DNA of 64,000 nucleotides from Gemmatimonadota bacterium (GCA_040389905.1 JAZJZK010000020.1:32001-96000), one strand, 5' to 3'; shown: positions 1 to 9,181, counted from the stretch's first letter. The notes: generated from the letters alone by a model not told the origin. Program-made: numbers and translations.

Positions 1-525
1 GGCACCGTCACCGGCATACTCGGCTTGAATCTCGACACGCTCGTCACCGTGTTCGCGATCGATCCCAGCGAAACCGCAACCTATCACATCGGCAATACGC
101 ACAGGCTCATCGTGCAGCAGGGTGGCCTCTGCGCGCTGAGCGCGCCGTACGGCGTCAACCTGTGGGACACGGTGTGCGAGGTCGCGAGCTTGCCAGTCCT
201 GGTAACTGCGAAGAGCTGGACCGATTCGCAGGGACGTGCCCGAATCGACTTCACGCCAAGCCTGCGCTTCGCACCACTGGCGGGTGGTCAACCCTCGGCG
301 GTGCTCTACCTCAAGGACAACGCGGCCGCGCACGACCTGTCGTCGAAGATCCTCTACTGTGGCCTGCTGAGCTGCATGGACGAGGGCGCGAGCGACCCCA
401 CGATGGCGACGATGCACGATGCGGCGAACGGCTGGGTGTACCGGCGCATCAAGCATTTCAGTGGCTATCAGGTGGCCACCGGGTTCACCGGCGAGCCCTC
501 GGATTCGACAGCGCAGCAACAGTAG
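1..525 (+). CDS. Hypothetical protein, 5'-truncated by window edge, with C-terminal HFSGY motif (ZU5/GAIN-like)
   Basis: Frame open from base 1 (GTVTGILGLNLD...) to TAG 523-525. RRIKHFSGYQVATG near the C-terminus, four Cys, 9 bp upstream of the next gene. Confidence 0.7.
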   Translation, partial: GTVTGILGLNLDTLVTVFAIDPSETATYHIGNTHRLIVQQGGLCALSAPYGVNLWDTVCEVASLPVLVTAKSWTDSQGRARIDFTPSLRFAPLAGGQPSAVLYLKDNAAAHDLSSKILYCGLLSCMDEGASDPTMATMHDAANGWVYRRIKHFSGYQVATGFTGEPSDSTAQQQ

Positions 526-534
526 CCCACGCCC

Positions 535-3500
535 GTGAAAGAGCGCTCTCCGTCGCGGCGCAGGTCGGCCCGGGTGCCTGGATCGGCATTGCGCCTCGTC
601 ATGTCCGGCGACGCCACGGTGACGGACGACGATAGGCTTCGCGACGCTCGCGCCCGAGGACTCCCAGCGGACGTATGCAACGCGCTCAACAATCTCGGGC
701 TGTTGCACACAAGCCACGAGCACTGGGCGACCGCCTCGGCGTGCTACGAAGAGGCGCTTCAGATCGCCGAGGTGCTGGGCGACACCGCGTCACGCATCAG
801 CATCGCCGTCAACTTCGCCGAGCATTTCCTCGCGCAGGGGCTGTTCGATCGCGCGCGGAGTGTGGCGAACCTCGCGGCCGAGCTTTCGCAGCGCACCAGC
901 GATAGTCACGCCGACGGCGAGTTACAGAAGGTGTTCGGCGTCATCGCGCGGGAGAGCGGCGAGCTCGCACTCGCCGAGGAACACCTCACGAAGGCGCAGG
1001 CGATTGCGGAGCGTCGCAACGACCTCGTGTTGCTCGCCGAAAGCACCAAGGCCAAGGCCGACGTGCATCGCGCACAGGGCCGGAACCGCGATGCACTGCT
1101 CTGCCTGAACGCCGCGTACCGAACGCTCTCACCGCTGCGCGCGCGCCGCGAGGTGGCGGATATCGACGCACGCGTCTCGCGGCTCGAAACCGACTTCCTC
1201 GACGTCGTGCGGAAGTGGAGCGAATCGATCGAGTCGAAGGACCACTATACGCAGGGCCACTGCGAGCGCGTGGCGGACCTGGCATGTGCGCTTGGCGCGC
1301 ACGTGGGTCTCGACGTGCAGGCGCTCTTCTGGCTCCGCATCGGCGCCATGCTCCACGATGTGGGGAAGCTCGTCATTTCGGCCGATGTGCTCAACAAGCC
1401 CGGCCCGCTCACGAGTGCCGAGTGGGAATTGATGCGGCAGCATCCGCGGCACGGCGTGGAGATGCTCGCGGACATCGACTTTCCCGTGGGCGTACGCCAG
1501 ATCGTCGAGTCGCACCACGAGCGGTGGAACGGGACGGGGTATCCGAGTGCCACCAGTGGCGAGGCGATTCCGCTGGCGGCGCGCATCGTTGGCGTCGCCG
1601 ACGTCTATGATGCGCTCGCCTCCGAGCGGAGCTACAAGCGGTCGCTCTCGCATCAGGACGCGCTCGATCTCATGCGGCACGACGTCGGCAAGCAGTTCGA
1701 CCCGGCGCTGTTCGCCGCGTTCGAGCAGCTCTCCGCGGAGAAGACGTCGCGTCGCGGCGGCCATCGGTCGCCGGCAATGCATCCGCGATTGGAGAGCGCG
1801 GGTGGCGGCGCGTCACTGGACGAACTCACGGGACTGCCGCTCCGTCGCGCGTTCATCGATCGAGCGCGAGAAGAGTTGCGTTCGCGCCAGACGCCGCTGT
1901 CGTTACTCGTCATCGACGTGGACCACTTCAAGCTCGTCAACGATACGTACGGCCATCTCGCCGGTGACGGCGTGTTGCGCGGAATCGCGGCGGTGCTGCG
2001 GCAGAGCGTGCGCCCATCCGATTTCATCGGACGCTATGCCGGCGACGAATTCGTGGCCCTGCTCCCCGCGACGACGCCGGCCGACGCGATGGTCGTCGCC
2101 GAACGGATGCGACTCGCGGTGCACACGCTGACGATGAGTCCGGACAGCCGTTCGGCGGTGAGCGCGACGATTTCGCTCGGTATCTCCGGAGCGCCAGACG
2201 ATGGCACGAGCATCGAGGAGTTGTTCGCGGCTGCCGACGCAGCGCTCTACGACTCGAAGCTGCGTGGACGCGACCTGGTGGTGCGCGCGGGCGCACACGA
2301 CGGTACGGCGCCGGATGCGCTGCTCCGCGCCGAAGGCTTCTTCGGGCGCGAGGAGGAGCGGCGGCGGCTGACGAAGGTGCTGGATGAAAGCATGCACGAG
2401 GGTGCGCGCCTGGTCACGATCACCGGCGAAGCGGGGGTGGGGAAATCGGCACTCGCGCGTGAGCTCGCAGCGGATGTGCGGATGCGCGCCGGTTCGCTGG
2501 TGATGGCGCGCTGCATCGACACCGAAGCGCGCGCGCCCCTTGCTCCGTGGACCTCACTGCTGCAGTCCATCCGCGTGCTGCGCATCGTTGCGGACCGAAC
2601 GTGGCGCGAACTGCCGCGACTGCTCGCCGACGCACCGGCCAGCGTCCCGGCGTCCGTGAATGGAAGCCGCTTCGCGCTCTTCGAGGAGGTCGCCGAGTAC
2701 CTGCGGCTTGCGGCGGCCACTCGGCCGCTCGTCATCGTGCTCGACGATATGCAGTGGGCCGACGAGACTTCGTGGGACCTGCTCGAGCACGTGGTCGCGC
2801 GCATGGGGCGCGATCGCATTCTGTTCTGCGTCACGCTGCGCGATGAGGACAGCGGCGACGACATCGCCGCGCGGCGCGCCCGCATGTCACGCGACGAACG
2901 GTGCACCGATCTCCACCTGACGCGGATGTCGCCCGAGGCACAGCGCGAGTGGCTCCAGCACGTGCTGCGTCAGCCAGCCGACGAGGGGCTGGCGGCGTAC
3001 CTCTTCGCGCAATCCGAGGGGAATCCATTCTTCGCTGTGCAGGCGTTGCGCGCGTTGATCGACGAGCGATCGCTGCGCTGGACGAACGATGCGTGGGCGT
3101 GGACGGCGCCGACGCGGTCACACGTGCCGGTCGCCGTGAACGATCTCCTCAACCGGCGCGTGGCTCGGTTATCGCCAGACGCGCGGCGGATCCTCGCGGG
3201 CGCCGCGGTGATCGGCCGCGCGATCGAAGTGGACGTGGCAGTGCTCGCCGGCATCGGCACGGAGTCGGAGATCCTGGATGCGATCGACGAAGGCATCAGC
3301 GGCTCGGTGCTCGACGTATCCGGCGAACGCGGCGAACACCACGTCACCTTCGCGCATGCGCTGCTCGTCGAGATCATGCGCGACACGCTGAATCCCGGCC
3401 GGCGCACGCGGCTGAACGAACGCGTCGCGGCTGCGATGGAGGAGCTTCGCCCCACGTCCGTTTCCGCGCTCGCGCACCACTACGAGAAGGCGGGAGTGAA

Positions 3501-4896
3501 CGACAAGGCGCGCCGATATGCGTGCCTTGCCGCGGAACACGCGGTGTCGGTCTACGCACATGCCGACGCGATCGAATTATTGCGCGGCGCGGAGCGTCAC
3601 ACCTTCGACATGAAGGAACGCGCGCGCATGCGCCTGCGCCGCGCCGCGATCGCCGAGTCGGCCGGGCGGTACCGCGACGCGGAGGATGCGCACCGCTCGA
3701 CGATGTCGGAGCTGTTCGGCGGACTCGATGCGGCGCAGCGAGCGGAATCGCGCCGAGCGATCGTGCGGATGCGCGCGTTGCAGGGCGAGAGTGTCGAGTC
3801 AACGCGCGCATCGTGCCGCGAACTGCTCGCACAGGCCGAAGTATTGGGACTCGACAGCGAGCGCGCGGCGTTACTGATGGCGCTGTCGCAGTCGTATGGC
3901 CGCACAGGAGAGACGGGCCCTGCGCAGGCGATGGCGGCGGAGTGTCTGGCCATCGCGGAAGGTCTCGACGACCCCGACCTGCTCGCCGAAGCGCTGCTGC
4001 GTGTGGGGACGTCGCTGCTCCACGACCGCCCGGCGGATGCGATGACGCACTACGTCCGCGCGATCGAGATGCACCTGTGGCGCGACGACGTGCTCGGCCA
4101 GATTCGCTGCCAGATCAACCTCGGTGTCGCGCACACGTACCTTGGCGATCTTCACGCGGCCGACGTGTCCTACCGGCACGCACTCGCGCGCGGACGCGAA
4201 ATCCACACGCCAGACTTTGCCGGACTCGCGGCACTCAACCTGGGCGCACTGAGCATGAAGCGCGGGCGGTTGTCCGATGCGCGCACCGAACTCGAGGAGG
4301 CGCACGCGCTCTTCCGTGAGGTGAACAACGAGCCGCACCGCATTGCCGCGATCTACAACCTCGCGCACCTGGCGCGCGAGGAGAAGCGGTACGACGACGC
4401 GTCGTCGCTGTACGAGGAGGCGCGCGATCGGGCCGGCAACGTCGCGCTGCACGAAGTGTGGGTGGGTGCGACGGCGGCATTGGGCCTGATTGCGCTCGAC
4501 ACTCAGAATTCCGATAGGGCCGAGGCTGCGTGGCGGGCGGTTTCGAGTCGGCTCGGCGCGCTCGGCGACGCGTGGTTCCAGGGGCGCGAGCTGGTCGAAG
4601 CGTTCGCCATTCGGATGGCTCTGCTGGAGAACGAAGTCGACACGGCGCACAAACGCTTTACCGATAGCGTCGATCTCGGCGCAACGCACGACGCGTACGG
4701 TGCGGCGTGGCTCATAGCGAACTGCGCAAAGGCCATTTCGGATCGTGCACCGGCAGCGCGACCGGGCATTGTGGGGATTGCTCGCGACTACGCGCGGCGG
4801 GTCGAGACGATGGGGTTGCCGACGCTCACCGCCAGGTTTGCCGAGTTGCTGGCGGATGGGGCCGCCGAATCGGAGGACACTCGAGTCCAAGCCTAA
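535..4896 (+). CDS. Multidomain signalling protein: TPR - HD-GYP - GGDEF (AGDEF) - STAND/AAA_16-type ATPase - TPR
   Basis: ALNNLG-type TPRs; HDVGK and HHERWNGTGYP; DVDHFKLVNDTYGH..GD; RPSD I-site and RYAGDEF; Walker A GEAGVGKS, Walker B IVLDDMQWAD, SEGNPFF; C-terminal TPRs. Start is GTG 535 or ATG 601. Confidence 0.92.
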   Translation: MKERSPSRRRSARVPGSALRLVMSGDATVTDDDRLRDARARGLPADVCNALNNLGLLHTSHEHWATASACYEEALQIAEVLGDTASRISIAVNFAEHFLAQGLFDRARSVANLAAELSQRTSDSHADGELQKVFGVIARESGELALAEEHLTKAQAIAERRNDLVLLAESTKAKADVHRAQGRNRDALLCLNAAYRTLSPLRARREVADIDARVSRLETDFLDVVRKWSESIESKDHYTQGHCERVADLACALGAHVGLDVQALFWLRIGAMLHDVGKLVISADVLNKPGPLTSAEWELMRQHPRHGVEMLADIDFPVGVRQIVESHHERWNGTGYPSATSGEAIPLAARIVGVADVYDALASERSYKRSLSHQDALDLMRHDVGKQFDPALFAAFEQLSAEKTSRRGGHRSPAMHPRLESAGGGASLDELTGLPLRRAFIDRAREELRSRQTPLSLLVIDVDHFKLVNDTYGHLAGDGVLRGIAAVLRQSVRPSDFIGRYAGDEFVALLPATTPADAMVVAERMRLAVHTLTMSPDSRSAVSATISLGISGAPDDGTSIEELFAAADAALYDSKLRGRDLVVRAGAHDGTAPDALLRAEGFFGREEERRRLTKVLDESMHEGARLVTITGEAGVGKSALARELAADVRMRAGSLVMARCIDTEARAPLAPWTSLLQSIRVLRIVADRTWRELPRLLADAPASVPASVNGSRFALFEEVAEYLRLAAATRPLVIVLDDMQWADETSWDLLEHVVARMGRDRILFCVTLRDEDSGDDIAARRARMSRDERCTDLHLTRMSPEAQREWLQHVLRQPADEGLAAYLFAQSEGNPFFAVQALRALIDERSLRWTNDAWAWTAPTRSHVPVAVNDLLNRRVARLSPDARRILAGAAVIGRAIEVDVAVLAGIGTESEILDAIDEGISGSVLDVSGERGEHHVTFAHALLVEIMRDTLNPGRRTRLNERVAAAMEELRPTSVSALAHHYEKAGVNDKARRYACLAAEHAVSVYAHADAIELLRGAERHTFDMKERARMRLRRAAIAESAGRYRDAEDAHRSTMSELFGGLDAAQRAESRRAIVRMRALQGESVESTRASCRELLAQAEVLGLDSERAALLMALSQSYGRTGETGPAQAMAAECLAIAEGLDDPDLLAEALLRVGTSLLHDRPADAMTHYVRAIEMHLWRDDVLGQIRCQINLGVAHTYLGDLHAADVSYRHALARGREIHTPDFAGLAALNLGALSMKRGRLSDARTELEEAHALFREVNNEPHRIAAIYNLAHLAREEKRYDDASSLYEEARDRAGNVALHEVWVGATAALGLIALDTQNSDRAEAAWRAVSSRLGALGDAWFQGRELVEAFAIRMALLENEVDTAHKRFTDSVDLGATHDAYGAAWLIANCAKAISDRAPAARPGIVGIARDYARRVETMGLPTLTARFAELLADGAAESEDTRVQA

Positions 4897-4997
4897 AAGC
4901 ATTGGTGTCATCCGCGACAACAAGGGGACGCTGCAGCAGCGGAATTTCGTAACCGATGTCACAGCGGGCGACGTTGATCCGCCGCGACATTGGGTGA

Positions 4998-5993
4998 ATG
5001 TCCGAGCCACAGCAGGGCTTCACGCTCGATCGAATCATCGGCACCAGCGACGCGCTGGTGCAGACGCTGGGGAGCGCGCGCCGAGTGGCGCAGGCGTCGA
5101 CGTCGACGGTGCTGATCATCGGCGAGACGGGCACCGGCAAGGAGCTATTCGCTCGCGGGATTCACTACGAAGGGGTCCATGCCGCGGCGCCCTTCGTCGC
5201 AATCAATTGTGCCGCGATACCGGACACGCTCCTCGAGTCGGAGCTGTTCGGCCACGAGGCGGGCGCATTCACCGGCGCGACGGTGCGGAAAGTGGGCCTG
5301 ATGGAGCTCGCGGGAAACGGCACGCTCTTCCTCGATGAAGTGCACCAGCTCCCGATACAGGCGCAACCCAAGCTGCTCCGCGCACTGGAGGCGCGGCACG
5401 TGCGGCGGCTTGGCGGCACGCAAGAGATCGCGATTGACTGCCGCATCATCGCGGCGTCGAACGTCTCGATCGAGCGCGCGGTGGAAGAGGAAACCTTTCG
5501 CGACGACCTGTTCTACCGGTTGAATGTGCTGCGCATCGACATTCCGCCGCTACGCGAGCGCCGTGGCGACGTGCCCATTCTCGCGCGGCACTTCGTGCGT
5601 GAGATGTGCAGGGAACACCGCCGCGGCGAGAAGGAACTGACGACGCAGGCGTTGTCGCTGCTCGCCGAGCATCGCTGGCCCGGCAACGTGCGCGAGCTCA
5701 AGAACGTGATCGAGCGTGCAACGGTCCTGAGCGGCGCGAGTGGGGCGATTACGCCGGCGCACCTCGCGATCAAGCATCGGGTGCCGCGGCTAGCGGTATC
5801 GTCAGGCGCGGCGCTCGCCGGCGAGATCGAGGTACCGATGGAAGGCAAGTCGATGCGCGCGATCGAGCGGGAAGCGGTGATGCTGACGCTCCGCGCAACG
5901 GACGGAAACCAGAGCCAAGCGGCGAAGATGCTCGGCATCTCGCGGCCGACACTGGCGAAGCTCGTCCGAGAACAAGAACCGAGCGCGAGTTAG
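4998..5993 (+). CDS. Sigma-54-dependent enhancer-binding protein (AAA+ and Fis-type HTH), no N-terminal input domain
   Basis: GETGTGKE, ESELFGHEAGAFTGA, LFLDEV, FRDDLFYRL, WPGNVREL, GNQSQAAKMLGISRPTL. Confidence 0.93.
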   Translation: MSEPQQGFTLDRIIGTSDALVQTLGSARRVAQASTSTVLIIGETGTGKELFARGIHYEGVHAAAPFVAINCAAIPDTLLESELFGHEAGAFTGATVRKVGLMELAGNGTLFLDEVHQLPIQAQPKLLRALEARHVRRLGGTQEIAIDCRIIAASNVSIERAVEEETFRDDLFYRLNVLRIDIPPLRERRGDVPILARHFVREMCREHRRGEKELTTQALSLLAEHRWPGNVRELKNVIERATVLSGASGAITPAHLAIKHRVPRLAVSSGAALAGEIEVPMEGKSMRAIEREAVMLTLRATDGNQSQAAKMLGISRPTLAKLVREQEPSAS

Positions 5994-6031
5994 CCCGCCG
6001 AGATGTGAGCCGGAGCCAACGCTCACCACAC

Positions 6032-6336
6032 GCTGATAACTAGGGATGGGGGCGAGGGCTCAGGAACGGGCCAACCGCAGGCTGGGGCGCGGGCGTGGGC
6101 TGGGGCTTGGGCTGGGGCTTGCCTGCAGGCCCGGGCAGGGGCCGGGGCTTGCGCTGTGGGCTGACTTCTGGCTGGGGCTCGGGCCCAGACGACAGTCTGC
6201 AGTCGGTTCAACACTTGGCCCGGGCCCGAAGCCCGGGCCTGCGGGTAAGCCCGTGCCCCCAGCCCTAGCCCACGCCCGCGGCCAAGCCCGCGGTTGGCCC
6301 GGACCCCAGCCCCCGCCCCCATCCATAGTTATCAGC
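6032..6336. repeat. ~305-bp imperfect inverted repeat built from GGGCnn units
   Basis: Left end GCTGATAACTAGGGATGGGGGCG versus reverse complement of right end GCTGATAACTATGGATGGGGGCG; arms pair imperfectly for >100 bp. Confidence 0.85.
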
Positions 6337-6344
6337 CGGACAGT

Positions 6345-6380
6345 TCTGATCATCTGATTCAGTCTGATTCAGCCTGATTC
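6345..6380. repeat. Short tandem repeat (CTGATTCAG-like, ~4 units)
   Basis: tctgatcatctgattcagtctgattcagcctgattc. Confidence 0.65.
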
Positions 6381-6460
6381 GGAAGTGACGCGCTTGGGTG
6401 TCCATGGGTTGGGCCGAGCGAGACCGGAATTCACTGGTCTCATCCAGGAGGGGGTGGAGC

Positions 6461-7342
6461 ATGCACCTTCGTCGTCTGACGATTGGTTTCGCGTTTGGAA
6501 TGCTGGCCACGGGCGCAATGGCAGGAACGTCGGGTACGCAGCGTGAGATCGAGGTCCGCCGCATTCGCGCGCATTTCGACAGTGTGCTCATCGAGCTGTC
6601 GGCGCGCGATGCCCACGCGCTCTCGCCGGATCAGCAAGCGCGTCGCCAATGGGTGATGCACGAAGTCGCCGCCTACCGCGACCGCGGTGATTTCCCACAC
6701 AACTACGACTTCCCCGGTCAGTCCGTGCCGTACTTTACCGATCGAAAGACCGGCACCCTGTGCGCCGTGGCCAACCTGCTCGCGAAGAGCGGCGCCAACG
6801 ACATTGTCGCTCGCGTAACGCGCACGAACAACAACGTCTGGGTCGCCGAGCTCGAAGCAGATACCGCGTTTACGCGCTGGCTCGATGCCAATGGCCTGAC
6901 GCTCGCCGAAGCGGCGCGGATTCAGGTGCCCTATCAGGCGCCGGTGAGCAAGGCCGAAGTCGCCCGCAATGCCGGCTTCGCCGTTGTCGCGGTCGCCGCA
7001 GTACCGGCGACGCTCGTGGCGAGCCTCTGGAATGCCACCGGCAATGCCGATGGACATCGCGGTGGCGTGACCAGGACCGGGATGGTCGTCGGTGCGATCT
7101 CCACGGCACTTGGCGCCACGATTCTCACGAAGAACGATTTCAATCAGGGCATCGGCCAGAGCATGATGGCCCTTGGGGTGACGAGCATGGTACTCTCGAC
7201 GCGATCCATATCACGCCATGATGCGATCGTGAGCGAGCAGGCCGCACGCGCTCGTGCCGTGGCGGCGACGGCATCGGTTTCACCGACGTTCGACGTGCAC
7301 AACGGCGCCGGTGCCCGGCTGGCGGTCTCGATCGGCTTCTAG
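6461..7342 (+). CDS. Exported/membrane hypothetical protein, paralog 1 (FPxNxDF...PYF.D...LCAVA family)
   Basis: AGGAGG upstream of ATG 6461; signal peptide; HFDSVL, GDFPHNYDF, PYFTD, LCAVANLL, EAARIQVPY; hydrophobic C-terminal segments. Confidence 0.8.
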   Translation: MHLRRLTIGFAFGMLATGAMAGTSGTQREIEVRRIRAHFDSVLIELSARDAHALSPDQQARRQWVMHEVAAYRDRGDFPHNYDFPGQSVPYFTDRKTGTLCAVANLLAKSGANDIVARVTRTNNNVWVAELEADTAFTRWLDANGLTLAEAARIQVPYQAPVSKAEVARNAGFAVVAVAAVPATLVASLWNATGNADGHRGGVTRTGMVVGAISTALGATILTKNDFNQGIGQSMMALGVTSMVLSTRSISRHDAIVSEQAARARAVAATASVSPTFDVHNGAGARLAVSIGF

Positions 7343-7386
7343 CGGAGCGTTTCGCAAGTATCGATAGCACGGTCGCACGGCACATT

Positions 7387-7405
7387 GAACGCGGATTGAG
7401 CGGAT
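7387..7405. repeat. Dispersed repeat GAACGCGGATTGAGCGGAT
   Basis: Identical 19-mer at 22620-22638 and inverted at 22794-22812. Confidence 0.75.
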
Positions 7406-7548
7406 TGACCAGCGAAAACGTGATGGGTTCGGCGAGGCACGACACCGGCGCGCTGACCGACTCGGGCCCGGCGGTTCCAACCACCCTGCTATCGGAACTT
7501 CGGTGACACTCCGTTAGGTCGTCACACTACGCTGTGCGCAGGGTCCTG

Positions 7549-7582
7549 GAGGCGTGTATGGCAGTATTGCCATATACGCCTC
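7549..7582. promoter_or_regulatory. Near-perfect 34-bp palindrome (operator or RNA hairpin) upstream of paralog 2
   Basis: GAGGCGTGTATGGCA-GTAT-TGCCATATACGCCTC; 15-bp stem with one G-U. Confidence 0.45.
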
Positions 7583-7694
7583 TGACGCATGGTGTATTCA
7601 GCGGCAGAGAGCCATTGCTCTTCCGCCCCGCGTAATGAATGTTGCGTCGCGCAAGCTGCATCAGGCGGTTCCCCCAAATCATGGAGCTTTCGGT

Positions 7695-8627
7695 ATGCAC
7701 CTACTTCGTCAGGGCAGGCTCGGTGTCCTCGCTGTAATGACAATCCTCGCGGTCGGCGCGGTGCCGCATGACGCACCGCGGGCACGAGAAGTCGCAAGGA
7801 TACGGGCACATTTCGACAGCGTACTGAAAGAACTCTCGAAACGCGACATCCGCGACTTGGCGACCGGCGCTCGCAGCAACCGCGCAGAGTTGATTGCCGA
7901 GCTCCGCCGCTATCGCGACGCCGGCGCGTTTCCCGTGAACCGCGATTTCGCGGACGCTGTTCCCTATTTTGTCGATCGTGAGAGCGGCGTCCTCTGCGCT
8001 GTGGCAAATCTGCTTGCCTACAGCGGCCGAGCGGACATCGTGGGGCGCGTGCGTCGAACGAACAACAATGTCTGGGTGGCCGATCTGAAGGGGGATACGG
8101 CGTTCGGTGCATGGCTCGAACGCCACGGCATGACGCTCGCCGAGGCGGCGCGGATCCAGGTGCCCTACTCACCGAGCCCGGAACGCCAGGCGTTGGGCGC
8201 TCTGGGCGCTGGGGTCGGGGCGATCGCGGACCTCACTCGCGGGCAGAAGATCCGGAATGGCATCTTCTTCACGGCGGCGCCGATCATGACGGGAGGCGCG
8301 ATTGTGACGAGCCTGCTCAATGCCACATGGAACGCCGACGGCCATCGGATTGGCCCGAGCCAGAGCGGAATCGTCTTCGGCGCGTTCACAACGTTCGCCG
8401 GTCAACAGGTGCTCGCGAAGACCAACCTCTCGCCGACGATCGGCCGTTCCGCGATGGCGGTGGGAGTGGGCAGTATCGCGCTGTCCACCTTGTCGATGCG
8501 GCGGCACTCCCGCGTCGCCGCGCTGGAATCGAAGTCGAAAGCAGTCGTTGCGGATGCCGAGCTGCTTCCGACGATCGACGCACAGGGCCGGTCCGGGGCA
8601 CGAATCGGAATGTCGCTGCGGTTCTAG
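7695..8627 (+). CDS. Exported/membrane hypothetical protein, paralog 2 of 6461-7342
   Basis: MHLLRQ start mirrors MHLRRL; shares RIRAHFDSVL, LCAVANLLA, RTNNNVWVA, TLAEAARIQVPY, NADGHR. Confidence 0.8.
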   Translation: MHLLRQGRLGVLAVMTILAVGAVPHDAPRAREVARIRAHFDSVLKELSKRDIRDLATGARSNRAELIAELRRYRDAGAFPVNRDFADAVPYFVDRESGVLCAVANLLAYSGRADIVGRVRRTNNNVWVADLKGDTAFGAWLERHGMTLAEAARIQVPYSPSPERQALGALGAGVGAIADLTRGQKIRNGIFFTAAPIMTGGAIVTSLLNATWNADGHRIGPSQSGIVFGAFTTFAGQQVLAKTNLSPTIGRSAMAVGVGSIALSTLSMRRHSRVAALESKSKAVVADAELLPTIDAQGRSGARIGMSLRF

Positions 8628-8731
8628 TCGTATCCGCCGCAACGGGCTTCGATCGGGTTCTAGCAGATACCATGCAGAGTTTCGATACTTCCTGAAAGAA
8701 ACCGATGACGTGTCTCGCCAAGGAGGCAAGT

Positions 8732-9115
8732 ATGTTCGATGACTTGGGAGTCTTTCACACCAACATCGCAATCGCAGCAGGTCCCGGCGCATCACATCGA
8801 GTGCATCTCCATAACGTGATGGTGGACACCGGCAGCGAGTACAACTGGATTCCGGCGGAACTTCTCGCGGACGTCGGAGTCGTTCCTGTACGCATCGACC
8901 GCTTCGAAAGAGCCGACGGACGCGTTATCGAACGCCCCGTCGGCCTCGCGGTCGTCTTCGTCGGTGACCGGTCGGCGGCGACTATGGTGGTATTTGCGAA
9001 CCCTGGCGAGAAGACCCTGCTCGGCGCGCACGGACTCGAGGGCCTGAATCTTCGCGTCGACCTCGGACGTCGCGAACTCATCCCGGCAGGCCCGATGCCC
9101 GCGGCCGCCGCCTAG
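8732..9115 (+). CDS. Clan AA (retropepsin-like) aspartic protease
   Basis: AGGAGG RBS; MVDTGSEY catalytic motif, ADGR flap, LLG motif. Confidence 0.8.
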   Translation: MFDDLGVFHTNIAIAAGPGASHRVHLHNVMVDTGSEYNWIPAELLADVGVVPVRIDRFERADGRVIERPVGLAVVFVGDRSAATMVVFANPGEKTLLGAHGLEGLNLRVDLGRRELIPAGPMPAAAA

Positions 9116-9181
9116 CGCATAGCGCATAGCGGAAGGCGGAGAGTGGATGTAGAATCGGACGTCCTCTTCGAGAGCGTCCCC

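Noticed and set aside
1900..2060. Hypr-type (cGAMP-producing) GGDEF
   Set aside because: The specificity position in GHLAGD is Asp, as in canonical c-di-GMP cyclases, not Ser/Thr.
2901..4319. 472-aa alternative-frame ORF
   Set aside because: Arg/Ala-rich, motif-free, nested in the 1453-aa gene; typical high-GC shadow.
6023..6357. Gly/Pro/Ala-rich ORFs on both strands
   Set aside because: By-products of the hexamer inverted repeat; no protein-like features.
9113..9131. TAGCGCA x ~3 tandem heptamer
   Set aside because: Too short and has no inverted partner.
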